Positions 28,184 to 38,610 of a stretch of DNA of 55,163 nucleotides are shown here, piece after piece. The DNA is taken from the NCBI GenBank assembly GCA_014384545.1, contig JACNFQ010000053.1, positions 1 through 55,163 of the forward strand, given 5' to 3'. The notes under the pieces were generated by a model. The model did no database searches. It was not told the DNA's origin and worked only from the letters and a program-made list of their open reading frames with translations. Numbering within the stretch: the first letter of the stretch is position 1; each line of letters begins with the position of its first letter. This DNA is from a bacterium. GTDB lineage: Bacteria > UBP7 > UBA6624. Position numbers and translations under genes: made by a program.

Positions 28184-29212
28184 CTAGTTTTCTATAAGCC
28201 CCAAATCGATCTTTACCATCGTTTCTATCTTCTCTCTGATATCGTCGTTTTCGTCAAGAAATCTCACGACATTCACCATCCCTTGCCCCAATGCAGTATC
28301 CCCAAAATGGAACCAACTACCCGATTTGTCCACAGCGCCACAATCCACCCCTAGCTGGACCAACTCTGCTCCTTTCCAGATACCAATACCAAACCGAATG
28401 GGAAACTCAGCCTTTTTGAAGGGAGGTGCTACTTTGTTCTTGACGATGCGGCATCGGACAATGCTACCTACATTTTCCTCCTTCTCTAGGATTGATTTGA
28501 TACGTCGAATATCGATCCGAACCGAAGAGTAAAACTTAAGGGCTCTCCCTCCTGGCGTCGTTTCGGGGTTTCCAAACATTACACCGATCTTCATTCGTAT
28601 CTGGTTGATGAAGATGACTGCGGCGCCCGTTCTTGAAATGCTCCCCGAGAGCCTACGGAGAGATTGGGACATCAGACGTGCCTGTAAACCTACTTTAGGG
28701 TCTCCAATATCCCCTTGAAGTTCTGCCTTGGGAACCATCGCAGCAACACTATCAATAACGACCAAGCCGACTGCACCCGAACGAATCATCTCATCGGTAA
28801 TATCCAAAGCTTGTTCCATATGTTCCGGCTGGGTCAATAAGAGATTGTCCCAATCCACCCCTACTCTTTCGGCATAACTCTGCATCAATGCATTCTCTGC
28901 ATCCACATAGAGGACTGTCTTCCCTTTCTTTTGAGCCTCGGCAACGATGTGGAGAGCCAAAGTCGTCTTTCCGCTCGCCTCAGGACCAAATACCTCGGTA
29001 ATACGACCGCAAGGAATTCCCCCCACGCCCAAGCGGGTGTCCAATAGCAGTGAACCTGTGGAAATTGACTCACCTTTTTGGGTAGCACCTGTCGTCCCCA
29101 TCCGCATGACAGCACCTTCGCCATATTTGCGCTCGATAGAACGAAGAACGGTATCCAAGACATTCTTCTCTTTCCCCTTTGTGCTCTTTTTAGTCGTTTT
29201 TTTCTTCGCCAT
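28184..29212 (-). CDS. recA: Recombinase RecA
   Basis: GPEASGKTT, VIDSVAAMVPKAE, IFINQIRMKIGVMFGNPETTPGGRALKFY. Confidence 0.98.
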   Translation of the reverse strand: MAKKKTTKKSTKGKEKNVLDTVLRSIERKYGEGAVMRMGTTGATQKGESISTGSLLLDTRLGVGGIPCGRITEVFGPEASGKTTLALHIVAEAQKKGKTVLYVDAENALMQSYAERVGVDWDNLLLTQPEHMEQALDITDEMIRSGAVGLVVIDSVAAMVPKAELQGDIGDPKVGLQARLMSQSLRRLSGSISRTGAAVIFINQIRMKIGVMFGNPETTPGGRALKFYSSVRIDIRRIKSILEKEENVGSIVRCRIVKNKVAPPFKKAEFPIRFGIGIWKGAELVQLGVDCGAVDKSGSWFHFGDTALGQGMVNVVRFLDENDDIREKIETMVKIDLGLIEN

Positions 29213-29282
29213 TCTTACTTTGACTCCTTTCGTTTTCCTCTCTCCGTTAGAGGGTGGACATCGTGGCTCGGAGAGCCACAAC

Positions 29283-29412
29283 CCCTCATCCCCTTTCTCC
29301 ACGCCTTGCCACCTGCGTCGGGGGGTAGGAACCCCCGACCTAACGGAACCCTCATCCCCTATCTCCACGCCTTGCCACCTGCGTCGGGGGGTAGGAACCC
29401 CCGACCTAACGG
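29283..29412. repeat. Tandem 64-bp direct repeat, each copy with a GC-rich hairpin (REP-like)
   Basis: 29283-29346 and 29349-29412 differ at one position. Each contains GTCGGGGG-GTAGGAA-CCCCCGAC. Confidence 0.92.
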
Positions 29413-29912
29413 GTCGGGAGGACCACGGTAGAGAGGCTTTCTATTGACTTCTCCACAGATGCTCGGCGAACCGATTCTCTATCTCCGTCAAGAATCCATT
29501 TTACAGCGTTCGTCTTACCCGCCACGTAGAGTGCCATCCAAACAGTCCCCGCGGGCAATCCATCCTGGGGACCAGGGCCAGCTACTCCGGTCAAGGCGAG
29601 GGCAATCTCTGTCCCTAATGCTGTTGACACACCCTTAGCCATCCCTGTTGCCACCGCTTCACTTACCACTCCTTGCTCTTTGATCACTTTTGGATGGACG
29701 CCCAACAGAGAAGATTTGACCCCCACCTGATAGGAAACGATACCTCCGCGGAACCACGCCGAAGCGCCTGGAGTTGAACTGAGGCGTGCAGAGAGTTCGC
29801 CCCCCGTCAAAGACTCGGCGACCGAAAGGGACCATCCCCGCACAACGAGAGCTTCTGCCAAGAGGAACAACCCTCCTTCGCCATCGCACTTACCCTGTCT
29901 TGGGTAGATCAT
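29406..29912 (-). CDS. cinA: CinA C-terminal domain / PncC NMN deamidase
   Basis: SVAESLTGG, PGASAWFRGGIVSY, VVSEAVA and TGVAGP. The true start is probably slightly downstream of the ORF start. Confidence 0.9.
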   Translation of the reverse strand: MIYPRQGKCDGEGGLFLLAEALVVRGWSLSVAESLTGGELSARLSSTPGASAWFRGGIVSYQVGVKSSLLGVHPKVIKEQGVVSEAVATGMAKGVSTALGTEIALALTGVAGPGPQDGLPAGTVWMALYVAGKTNAVKWILDGDRESVRRASVEKSIESLSTVVLPTR

Positions 29913-30705
29913 TCACATCCATCACAGGAAGGTCACCACCCGTTTTTGAAATGATCCGCTCTTTCTTGCCTCTAGAGGGCGATGTACTCTCGCTAGTAGA
30001 TGGTCGACTCTCTTCTCGGCGACCATCCATAAGGCGAATCTCTCCTTCTGGCCATGCCACTTGAACGACTGCAGCCTCGGATTTTCCCGTATTACCACCC
30101 GCTGGGGTGTTCATTGTGCCCATCACAAAGAGCTTGGTGCCCTCGTTGATGAACTTCTCTGCAAACTCAGCATCTTTGCCCCAACAAACAACGGTATGTG
30201 CGTGAATCTCCTCCCACTTGTCTCCCGAGCGGGTCGTCGTAATGCGGTTTGTCATTACGGTGAAATTTGCTTCTTTCCCACCTTGGACAGAACTCCCCAT
30301 TTGGGGTTTCGTTTGGGCTTCTCCTACCAAAATCAACTTGTTTACCATTTCGGCAAATCCTCCCTCTTGCCGATCGTCCATGACGAGGACTTTCCCCTTT
30401 GGCCAACCCGCCTTGATTTCGGTAATGTACTTTTGGTTCCCTTCCGCATCCTCGTATTGGCGATACTCAATGCTCCCTTCTACATAAAGCTTTCTGCCCT
30501 TTTTTACGTTCTCTTCCACAAACTCAGCATCCTTCCCCCAACAGATAATGCGGTGCCATTGGGTAACATCCCTCTCTTCGCCTGAGCGGGTCTTATACCG
30601 TTCGTTGGTCGCCAAACGGATCGTTGCTTTCTTGGTCCCGCTCGGGAATTCCCGAATTTCAGGTTCTGCTCCTACATTGCCGACCAGTATCAACTTGTTG
30701 ATCAT
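29890..30705 (-). CDS. ssb: Single-stranded DNA-binding protein with two tandem OB folds
   Basis: MINKLILVGNVG...TQWHRIICWGKDAEF...KGRKLYVEG, repeated as MVNKLILVG...HTVVCWGKDAEF...GTKLFVMG; RBS AGGAGG. Confidence 0.92.
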   Translation of the reverse strand: MINKLILVGNVGAEPEIREFPSGTKKATIRLATNERYKTRSGEERDVTQWHRIICWGKDAEFVEENVKKGRKLYVEGSIEYRQYEDAEGNQKYITEIKAGWPKGKVLVMDDRQEGGFAEMVNKLILVGEAQTKPQMGSSVQGGKEANFTVMTNRITTTRSGDKWEEIHAHTVVCWGKDAEFAEKFINEGTKLFVMGTMNTPAGGNTGKSEAAVVQVAWPEGEIRLMDGRREESRPSTSESTSPSRGKKERIISKTGGDLPVMDVNDLPKTG

Positions 30706-30783
30706 CTCTTTCCTCCTAATCCCATCTTTATTCTTGGATCTCCTAACTATTCTACTAGAGCAAGTTCCTCGTGCCCCTTTTTC

Positions 30784-30798
30784 GTTCCCGTTATGTTC
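30784..30798. promoter_or_regulatory. Candidate direct-repeat LexA box (GTTC-N7-GTTC) upstream of ssb
   Basis: GTTC-ccgttat-GTTC in the dcd-ssb intergenic region; minus-strand TAGAAT at 30749-30754. Confidence 0.4.
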
Positions 30799-30802
30799 AC
30801 CC

Positions 30803-31369
30803 CTACATTCGGGGAAGAGTAATGCCAACTTGCGACTGGTACTTGCCCGCCCGATCCGCATAAGAGGTTTCGCATGGGTCGTCACTCTCAAAAAAGAGAA
30901 CTTGGGCAATCCCCTCGTGGGCGTAGATCTTGGCGGGTAGCGGTGTCGTGTTGCTAATCTCTAGTGTCACATGCCCCTCCCATTCGGGCTCAAAGGGTGT
31001 TACGTTCACGATGATTCCGCACCTTGCATAGGTTGACTTTCCTAAACAGACCGTAATCACATTTCTGGGTATCTTGAAATACTCCACAGTCCGTGCCAAT
31101 GCGAAGGAGTTGGGAGGAATCAGCACTTCGTCCGCGACGACATCCACAAAACACGAACGATCCATCCCCTTGGGGTCAACCACGGAGCTGTGGAGATTCG
31201 TAAATACTCTAAACTCGTTGGTGACACGGATGTCATACCCATAAGAAGATGTTCCATACGAAATGACACGATCACCCAAACTATTCTCTTTGACTTGATC
31301 GGAGCAAAAAGGCGTAATCATTCCTTTCGCCGCCATTTGACGAATCCATGAATCCGGTCTTACAGACAT
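30803..31369 (-). CDS. dcd: dCTP deaminase
   Basis: [20 protein letters not shown] and [23 protein letters not shown]; TGATG overlap with nrdJ. Confidence 0.97.
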   Translation of the reverse strand: MSVRPDSWIRQMAAKGMITPFCSDQVKENSLGDRVISYGTSSYGYDIRVTNEFRVFTNLHSSVVDPKGMDRSCFVDVVADEVLIPPNSFALARTVEYFKIPRNVITVCLGKSTYARCGIIVNVTPFEPEWEGHVTLEISNTTPLPAKIYAHEGIAQVLFFESDDPCETSYADRAGKYQSQVGITLPRM

Positions 31370-34300
31370 CAGGAACAACCCATAGAGTTGCCACAGTTCA
31401 AACAACGGTAACAGGTGCCGTTCCGCACTGTGATGTGGCCACATTGGTCACAGAGGGGGGCGTCGCCCATCATCTGTCCCAAGTGGATATCTAGAGCGTC
31501 ATCGCTCCCTTTCTCCTTGCTAAAGAGTGGCTCCTGCTTGGGCAAGGTGGCATCTCTCGTTCGTTCTACTGGAGGATCGGCAGGGGGGATTTGGACAAAA
31601 TCTGTTCGACCCAAATACTCCATTCCTAATAACTTAAAGATGAAATCAACGACACTTGTCGCTTTCTTGATGTTCGGGTGGTCCACCATCCCATAGGGCT
31701 CAAACCGAGTAAAGGTAAAAGCGTCCACAAACTCCTTCAACGGCACCCCATACTGAAGCCCCAAACTGACTGCAATGGCAAAGCAGTTGAGCAAACTGCG
31801 GAATCCTGCCCCCTCTTTGTGCATATCCAAAAAGATCTCTCCCAATCGGGGCTTGCCCTCCTCGCCTACTTCATATTCGCCTGTGCGGACGAAAATCTTA
31901 TGCCCCCCAATACGCGCTTCAGATGTAAACCCCTGCCTCCGCCTCGGAAGGCGCTGGCGTCTTGAGCGTTGAACTGTGTCCGTTTTGGGTGCCTCATCGT
32001 GTGCCTCTTCAGTGGTCTTCTCCTGATCAATCTCTTTTCCTGATTGGAGAGGTTGAGCTCCTTTTGAACCATCACGGTAAACAGCGACTGCCTTCAGACC
32101 CAGTTTCCACCCTTGAATATAGATATCTTCAATATCCTGAACCGAGGCCGAGGCTGGAAGATTGACGGTTTTAGAGATAGCTCCCGAAAGGAAGGGCTGG
32201 GTCGCAGCCATCATCCGCACATGCCCCATCGCAGGGATATACCGTTCACCATGCCCACACTTGTTGGCACAATCGAAGACAGCAAGGTGCTCTTCCTTGA
32301 GTCCTGGAGCACCTTCAACCGTCATCCGCCCAAAAATGATCTCATTCGCCTTCTCAACCTGTTCCTCATCAAACCCTAGCGCTTCCATCATACTAAAGCC
32401 CTCTTCGTTCGCTGGTCCTTCCCATCCTCGTGCTTCTAAGAAATCCTCCCCTACATGCGACACCGTAAGGACCTCCTTGATAGAGAATGCTCCCAAAAAC
32501 TTACTCTCAAGACGAGCCAAGTCCTTAGGCGAAAATCCCTTCTTCTTGAGCGAGTCTGTATTGATGGGTGAGGGGTTGTCCCAAGACATAAACCCCTGGA
32601 CATACTGGAGAATCTCCTTTACATCTGATTCGGCATATCCCAAGAAAGTGAGTCCACGGCGGACCGTTCGGTTGATAATCTTAAAATAACCCCCACCCGC
32701 TAGTTTCTTGATCTTGCACAAAGCGTAATCGGGCTCAATGCCCGTTGTGTCACAATCCATCAACAGTCCGATCGTCCCTGTAGGTGCCAAAACCGTAGCT
32801 TGAGCGTTTCGAAAACCACTCTCGGCCCCCTCTTTGACGACGCCATCCCATAGACGCGTTGCTTCGTTCCAAAGAGCGGCTCCTGTGTGCTCTATCTCTA
32901 GCGAGTACGCAGCTTGTCGGTGGAGATTCATGACCTCACCCATCGATGTGGCATTCTCTGGATAGGCTGCAAACGACCCTTTCGATTCTGCAAGTTCTGC
33001 GGATACACTATACGCACATCCTGTCAAAATACCAGTCAGAGCGGCTGCTATTCCCCTCCCCTCTTCACTGTCGTAGGGGATACCCCGCGCCATCAGCAAA
33101 CCCCCAAGATTAGCGTACCCCAACCCCAATGGGCGGAAATCATGTGAGTTTTTCGCTATCTCCTCTGTGGGATAGGAAGAGAGGTCAACGAGAATCTCTT
33201 GGGCTGTAAATAAGAGGCGAATCGCATGGTTATATCCTCCAATATCAAAAGAGCCATCTTCCTTTTGGTATTTCAAGAGATTGATGCTAGAGAGATTACA
33301 TGCCGTGTTGTCCAAGAACATAAACTCGCTACAGGGATTAGATGCGTTGATACGGTCTGTCGCTTTACAGGTGTGCCACTCGTTGATCGTTGAGTCGTAC
33401 TGAACCCCAGGATCAGCACATTGCCATGTCGCCTCTGCCAACGCACCCATCACCTTGCGACAAGATAACTCTTCCATACCCTCTCCCGTTGTCCGGAAGG
33501 TCGTCCAATAAGTCTTGTCCTCTTCGTAGCCCTTTAGGAAATCATCTGTAAGCCTAACGGCATTGTTGGCGTTTTGCCCGCCGACCGTCTCGTAGGCTTC
33601 TCCCCCTATCCCTCCCTCGTATCCACTCGCCATCAAGACTTTCGCCTTTTTCTCTTCCACAACCTTCCAGTTGATGAACTCAAGGATTTCAGGGTGGTCT
33701 ACATCTAAACAGACCATCTTTGCAGCACGCCGTGTGGTCCCTCCCGACTTTGTAGCCCCAGCACCTGAATCTAGGACCTTTAGGAAAGACATCAATCCAC
33801 TGGAGCTTCCACCCCCTGACAACTTCTCTGTCTTTCCGCGCAAAGGACTAAAGTTTGTCCCTGTACCCGAGCCATACTTAAAGAGCCGAGCCTCGTTCTG
33901 AGCAAGAGAAAAAATGCTCATCAAATCATCGTCCACTTTTTGGATGAAACAAGCACTACACTGAGGACGTTCGTAGTTGTCTTCTAGGCGATGTGGTCGT
34001 TCTCTCTCTTCATCCCAAGCCCAATTTCCACCTGCACCTTTGATACCATACTTGGCAGAGAGTCCACAGTTGAACCAAACGGGGCTGTTGAAAGCAGCAT
34101 GCTGATTGGCCAAGAGCCAAGAAAGCTCTTCCTCGAATGTCTCAGCGTCTTCCTCGCTGGCAAAATACCCACCCGCCTTCGTGCCCCACATGCGCATTGT
34201 GTGGATAATGCGCTGAATGGTCTGACGAAGAGAAGTCTCGCCTACTCCCTCCCCCCCCACGCCCCGTTTCCTGAAATATTTGCTGGCGAGGATGTCAATA

Positions 34301-34521
34301 GAGAGTTGACTCCAATTTGTGGGTACCTCTATCCCATCCATCTCAAAAACGACAGATTCGTCTTGATTCGTGATCTTACTGATGGCATTCTTCCACTTTA
34401 TACTCTCATCCCAACTCTGATCGGTTTGGGTATGGTGGCGATCAAAGAAAAGCCCCTTACCCGATCCCTTCAAACACTCTCTTTCTCTTCCTTCCTTCGC
34501 TCTTTTTTCTGTGTCAGACAT
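31369..34521 (-). CDS. nrdJ: Class II B12-dependent ribonucleotide reductase
   Basis: [28 protein letters not shown] and GAISKTVN; C-terminal TSCPD-like domain and CDQC...CLNC. Confidence 0.96.
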   Translation of the reverse strand: MSDTEKRAKEGRERECLKGSGKGLFFDRHHTQTDQSWDESIKWKNAISKITNQDESVVFEMDGIEVPTNWSQLSIDILASKYFRKRGVGGEGVGETSLRQTIQRIIHTMRMWGTKAGGYFASEEDAETFEEELSWLLANQHAAFNSPVWFNCGLSAKYGIKGAGGNWAWDEERERPHRLEDNYERPQCSACFIQKVDDDLMSIFSLAQNEARLFKYGSGTGTNFSPLRGKTEKLSGGGSSSGLMSFLKVLDSGAGATKSGGTTRRAAKMVCLDVDHPEILEFINWKVVEEKKAKVLMASGYEGGIGGEAYETVGGQNANNAVRLTDDFLKGYEEDKTYWTTFRTTGEGMEELSCRKVMGALAEATWQCADPGVQYDSTINEWHTCKATDRINASNPCSEFMFLDNTACNLSSINLLKYQKEDGSFDIGGYNHAIRLLFTAQEILVDLSSYPTEEIAKNSHDFRPLGLGYANLGGLLMARGIPYDSEEGRGIAAALTGILTGCAYSVSAELAESKGSFAAYPENATSMGEVMNLHRQAAYSLEIEHTGAALWNEATRLWDGVVKEGAESGFRNAQATVLAPTGTIGLLMDCDTTGIEPDYALCKIKKLAGGGYFKIINRTVRRGLTFLGYAESDVKEILQYVQGFMSWDNPSPINTDSLKKKGFSPKDLARLESKFLGAFSIKEVLTVSHVGEDFLEARGWEGPANEEGFSMMEALGFDEEQVEKANEIIFGRMTVEGAPGLKEEHLAVFDCANKCGHGERYIPAMGHVRMMAATQPFLSGAISKTVNLPASASVQDIEDIYIQGWKLGLKAVAVYRDGSKGAQPLQSGKEIDQEKTTEEAHDEAPKTDTVQRSRRQRLPRRRQGFTSEARIGGHKIFVRTGEYEVGEEGKPRLGEIFLDMHKEGAGFRSLLNCFAIAVSLGLQYGVPLKEFVDAFTFTRFEPYGMVDHPNIKKATSVVDFIFKLLGMEYLGRTDFVQIPPADPPVERTRDATLPKQEPLFSKEKGSDDALDIHLGQMMGDAPLCDQCGHITVRNGTCYRCLNCGNSMGCS

Positions 34522-34729
34522 CTTTCCCTAAATACTCCTTATCTGTTGCTTTCCTTGCCACCTTCCGAGGGCTGGAAAGGGGTGGGTAAAGGTCAGTATA
34601 CACAACGGCAAGGGAATAGGCTTGGTGATGGAACATCTTTCGGCACCAACCCTTGAACGGGCGGTAACCACCGTGATTTCAACGAATTCGCATGAGCCGC
34701 AAGGTAGAGGTTACTAGACGAAAAACAAG

Positions 34730-35131
34730 CTACTTGCCAAAGAAAAGGGCTAACTCACGATTCGCCGACTGAAGCGAGTCTGAACCATGAACAGCGTTCT
34801 CTTGTAGAGAGGTGCCAAAGCGCTTTCGGAGTGTCCCTTCCTCTGCATCTTCTGGATTGGTAGCCCCCGCCAATTGTCGAAATGCTGCCACGCAATCAGG
34901 AGCCTCTAATCGCGCCAGAACGACGGGGCTACGCGTAATAAACTCTACCAACTCTCCAAAGAAAGGTCTCTCTGAATGTTCTGCGTAATGCTCTGCTGCG
35001 ATTTCGTGGTCTAACTCCCTCATTTCTAACGCTGAAATGCGGAACCCTGCCGACTCTATAGCTGCCAATATTGAACCCGCCAAACTGGCTTCAACCGCAT
35101 CGGGTTTTACAATGAGTAATGTCTTTTCCAT
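34730..35131 (-). CDS. ndk: Nucleoside diphosphate kinase
   Basis: TLLIVKPDAV, HYAEH, GATNP and NAVHGSDS. Confidence 0.97.
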   Translation of the reverse strand: MEKTLLIVKPDAVEASLAGSILAAIESAGFRISALEMRELDHEIAAEHYAEHSERPFFGELVEFITRSPVVLARLEAPDCVAAFRQLAGATNPEDAEEGTLRKRFGTSLQENAVHGSDSLQSANRELALFFGK

Positions 35132-35136
35132 GGGGG

Positions 35137-35772
35137 TTATTCTCCCTCATCATCCTCACCTATTGGTGTTGAATGTCTCCTAGAACGCCACTCTCGGAAA
35201 AACCCCACAGAGAGGATTAGGAGAACCACGCCCACCATCCAGGCAATCCCTGCAGGGGTCTTCCAAAATCCCTTCGCTTCTTCTCCAAAACGAGCTGCCA
35301 AATGAGCCACAAGGAAGAACCGAGCTCCCCGCCCCAATAAGGAGAAGATGAAGAGGGTTCTCTTTTTTAGCCCCATCATCCCCGATATGACACAGAAAAA
35401 CTTGTAGGGAACAGGTGTAAAGCCCGCCAAGAGTATCGCTTCGTCACCATGTCGAAGGAGCTTCCGTTTGACCGTTTGAAAGACCTTTTTCTCGCCAAAC
35501 CTCGCCACAATCGGCTTCTCAAGGAACCGGCCTAACCACCACCCCACAAGTGCCCCCGTCGCACTTCCAACCGTTGCAACACCAGCCAAGAAAGCGTACT
35601 CCTGAGGCGACTTTCCTGCTAGGAATAGGAGGCCTAGGTCAGGAGGTAAAGGAAAGAAGATCGCCTCACAAAACGCCCAGATAAGGAGCCCCATAGCTCC
35701 CCATTCTTCAAAATGGGATGAGAGAGACTCCACAAGCCCTTCAGCCACCATGCTTACGAACAACAGACTCAT
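35137..35772 (-). CDS. YqaA/DedA (VTT) family membrane protein
   Basis: EAIFFPLPPD, GFTPVPYK and GRGARF. Confidence 0.88.
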   Translation of the reverse strand: MSLLFVSMVAEGLVESLSSHFEEWGAMGLLIWAFCEAIFFPLPPDLGLLFLAGKSPQEYAFLAGVATVGSATGALVGWWLGRFLEKPIVARFGEKKVFQTVKRKLLRHGDEAILLAGFTPVPYKFFCVISGMMGLKKRTLFIFSLLGRGARFFLVAHLAARFGEEAKGFWKTPAGIAWMVGVVLLILSVGFFREWRSRRHSTPIGEDDEGE

Positions 35773-36332
35773 AAAAAGACCTTCGGCATCGCCCCACGCA
35801 AGAGGACAACCCCTCCTTCTGTCCATGCGACAACAGATGTGGGTTTCCCATTTCCTCTTGCTCCCAACCAAGCTCCGTCAACGCTTTCTCTTATCTCCTT
35901 GGGGGCATCCTTATATTGAACAGGAGGCTCTTCTCCCTTCTTGTTGGCGCTTGTCAAGAGATAAGGAGTTCCTGCGGCGATTGCCAAGGGAATCAGGGAA
36001 TCACTCCCCCCCAATCTCAGTCCCAAACCGAACGCCCCCGCCCACAAGGGGTTTCGTTCTCTCTTCCGAAACCTGCCCGGAACAACCAATGTCATCCTCT
36101 CGTTCCATAACCCCTCTATCCCTCCATTTGGTTCTGTACGACACACCCAACACTCTCTCAATGAGGCATAATCGCTAAACACCCATGTAAAGGGTGTCTT
36201 TCTTGCCCCCTTTACCCTGACCAACTCTTCAACGTTTTCGGGGCGAGTAGCCAGCCCCAAAACCGTCCCTGTCTCCACAAGAATAATCCCCCCTTTTTGA
36301 AGGGCTTCTGCACCCGCTATGTTCCTGTCCAT
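35769..36332 (-). CDS. tsaC: Divergent TsaC/Sua5 (YrdC) family protein
   Basis: ETGTVLGLA, GLGLR, LLTSAN, PTSVV and LLRGA; downstream of prmC. Confidence 0.75.
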   Translation of the reverse strand: MDRNIAGAEALQKGGIILVETGTVLGLATRPENVEELVRVKGARKTPFTWVFSDYASLRECWVCRTEPNGGIEGLWNERMTLVVPGRFRKRERNPLWAGAFGLGLRLGGSDSLIPLAIAAGTPYLLTSANKKGEEPPVQYKDAPKEIRESVDGAWLGARGNGKPTSVVAWTEGGVVLLRGAMPKVFL

Positions 36333-37180
36333 TGAGCTTCAACGACGAGATAAGGATAATGATCCGGGGATCCCCAAGGTTTCCTGAGACGAGCTCTACT
36401 CCAACCTTTTCCAAAAAGCGTGAGAGCTTCTTCACCCAAGAAAAACCCTACTTCCATCAAGAGCCATCCACCCTCCCTAAGATGGAGGGGAGCATCGGAA
36501 ACGATGCACTGGGCGACACTCAAGGGCTCATCAGGGGCAAAGAGTGCCAAGGGGGGGTCAAAGAGAGCGACCTCGGGTGGGAGACTTTCTTTCTCCTCCT
36601 CTCCAATATAGGGCGGGTTCGCCGTAATCACATCAAAGATCCCACTTACCTCGTTGTACAGGTCGCTTTGTAGGACCTTGACTCCATATTCAGGAATCAA
36701 ACGGGCAACTTCCTCCTTAGCATGTTGAACCGCCAAGTTGTCACAATCAACCATCACCACCCTAGCCTCGGTTTCATAGGCTAAACTGATGCCCACACAC
36801 CCTCCTGCACAACATAAGTCCAAGACCACCCCCTTGTCTGGGACCTTCGGTATCGCTCTTTGAACGAGTTCTTCGGTTTCGGGGCGAGGACTAAAAACGC
36901 CCGGTACGACACGAAACCTAAAATGACGAAACGCCCGCCACCCCAAGATGCGGTCAATCGGCTCTCGCCTTTCTCGTCGCAACAGGTACCCCTCCCAGAT
37001 GGGAGCTACTTCGTGAGGAATCTCTTGTTTGTTCTCTGCCAAGAGATCTTCTCGGGTCCATCCCATCGCTTCGGAAAGGAGAATCTCGCTATCTAACCAA
37101 GGGGAATCCACACCCGCGGCCAATAGCCGTGCTCTACCTTGCCTAATCGCGTCAGAAACGAGGACCTTCTTACGCTCCAC
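36317..37180 (-). CDS. prmC: Release factor glutamine methyltransferase
   Basis: REPIDRILG, PRPETEELV and ANPPYI; follows prfA. Confidence 0.94.
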   Translation of the reverse strand: MERKKVLVSDAIRQGRARLLAAGVDSPWLDSEILLSEAMGWTREDLLAENKQEIPHEVAPIWEGYLLRRERREPIDRILGWRAFRHFRFRVVPGVFSPRPETEELVQRAIPKVPDKGVVLDLCCAGGCVGISLAYETEARVVMVDCDNLAVQHAKEEVARLIPEYGVKVLQSDLYNEVSGIFDVITANPPYIGEEEKESLPPEVALFDPPLALFAPDEPLSVAQCIVSDAPLHLREGGWLLMEVGFFLGEEALTLFGKGWSRARLRKPWGSPDHYPYLVVEAQWTGT

Positions 37181-38273
37181 TTTGTACCTCGTCCATCAGT
37201 CGCTTCCTGAGAAGACGAGCGATATCCTCAAAAAAAACCCTTCCTTCGCCCGCAAGGACGCGGTCAAGTTGGTGGATAGAGTGCCCCACACGATGATCCG
37301 TTACCCTGTTTTGAGGGAAGTTGAAGGTCCGAATCTTCTCAGAGCGATCCCCACTCCCTACCGCAGAGCGCCGTCTCTCATCCCCCTCCTTCTTCCTCTG
37401 CTCTACCTGAAACTGGTACAGTTTAGTACGCAACATCAAGAGACACCTCTCACGGTTCTGATGTTGGCTCCGTTCCTCTTGACAGTCCACGACGACTCCC
37501 GAAGGGCGATGGGTCATTCGTACCGCTGAATCGGTCTTGTTGACATGTTGCCCCCCAGCGCCACTAGCCCGATAGGTATCCACCTTGATATCTCTTGGGT
37601 CTAGATCTATTTCTACTTCGTCATCTGCCTCCGGGAGGACAGCAATCGTCGCTGCAGATGTATGAATGCGCCCTTGGCTTTCTGTATCGGGAACGCGTTG
37701 GACTCTATGGATGCCACTCTCAGCAGCCAACCAGCCAAATGCCCCCTCTCCCCTAACCATGAAGGAAATCTCTTTGTAGCCCCCCATCTCACTTGACGAG
37801 GAGGAAAGAACCTTGATGTTGAAATCGTTCTCCAACATTCTCTTGTACATCCCAAAGAGGTCCCCCACCCACAGCGCTGCCTCGTCGCCCCCCGTACCTG
37901 CTCTAATCTCCACCAATGCATTCCTTCCTGCGTCGGGATCACGAGGCACTAGGGCGTCCTCCAAGTGGCTGGTGGTCTTTGAAAGTGTCTCAGCCGCTTC
38001 CTCAATCCCCTCTTGAGCAATCTCCTTGAGTTCAGCATCGTTACCAAGAAGTGCCTCGTTCAAGTCGGTCCATTCTGCCAAGTCCTCAAGGTATTTTTGG
38101 TGAAGTTCTAGTATGGTTTGAACTCGTTGTCTTCTGCGCCCCAACCCTTTTAGCTTGCGGGGTTCCTTGAGTATCAGTGGGTCAATAAGAGCGGCATCAA
38201 TCTCTTCCAATGCCTTCTGTATTGGAAGCATCGCCTCTTGAAAAGCATCCTCTGGGGGCATAGCCCCCGTCAC
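37170..38273 (-). CDS. prfA: Peptide chain release factor 1
   Basis: EIRAGTGGDEA, HRVQRVPDTE (PxT motif), GAGGQHVN and RSEKIRTFNFPQ. Confidence 0.97.
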   Translation of the reverse strand: MTGAMPPEDAFQEAMLPIQKALEEIDAALIDPLILKEPRKLKGLGRRRQRVQTILELHQKYLEDLAEWTDLNEALLGNDAELKEIAQEGIEEAAETLSKTTSHLEDALVPRDPDAGRNALVEIRAGTGGDEAALWVGDLFGMYKRMLENDFNIKVLSSSSSEMGGYKEISFMVRGEGAFGWLAAESGIHRVQRVPDTESQGRIHTSAATIAVLPEADDEVEIDLDPRDIKVDTYRASGAGGQHVNKTDSAVRMTHRPSGVVVDCQEERSQHQNRERCLLMLRTKLYQFQVEQRKKEGDERRRSAVGSGDRSEKIRTFNFPQNRVTDHRVGHSIHQLDRVLAGEGRVFFEDIARLLRKRLMDEVQSGA

Positions 38274-38274
38274 A

Positions 38275-38550
38275 CTAAGAACGAGCCTCGTCTCTCTTCA
38301 TTGCGGCTTTTCGGGCTTTCTTACCCCTGTCGCCCATATCGGAAAGAGAGTCACTGCCGTACCGCTCTTTGAAGCGATCGATACGACCCGCCGTATCAAC
38401 GAATTTCTGTTTCTTGGTAAAGAAAGGGTGACAGGTTGAACAGATTTCAACCCGAATTGACTTTACAGTAGCGCCAACGAGAAAATCGGCACCACAGTCA
38501 CATATGACCTTGCAGTCGTCATGCCAAGCAGGATGGATATCACTTTTCAT
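38275..38550 (-). CDS. rpmE: 50S ribosomal protein L31 (zinc-binding form)
   Basis: [21 protein letters not shown] and DTAGRIDRF. Confidence 0.96.
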   Translation of the reverse strand: MKSDIHPAWHDDCKVICDCGADFLVGATVKSIRVEICSTCHPFFTKKQKFVDTAGRIDRFKERYGSDSLSDMGDRGKKARKAAMKRDEARS

Positions 38551-38610
38551 TACTTTACTCCCTAAACCCAAACAGAACCACAAAGGGGATTATACCTTGA
38601 GCCCAACCCC

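Noticed and set aside
29213-29368. N-terminal extension of RecA in the ORF track
   Set aside because: It reads through the repeat region; ATG 29212 has an upstream GGAG and gives a normal length.
29283-29412. CRISPR mini-array
   Set aside because: Only two 64-bp units separated by 2 bp, no spacer, and no cas genes.
31369-34521. Intein in NrdJ (and in RecA)
   Set aside because: No splice-junction or LAGLIDADG motifs; lengths fit the families.
34522-34729. Cobalamin riboswitch or NrdR box upstream of nrdJ
   Set aside because: No B12-box consensus or NrdR palindrome recognised; only an imperfect hairpin and a possible TATACT -10.
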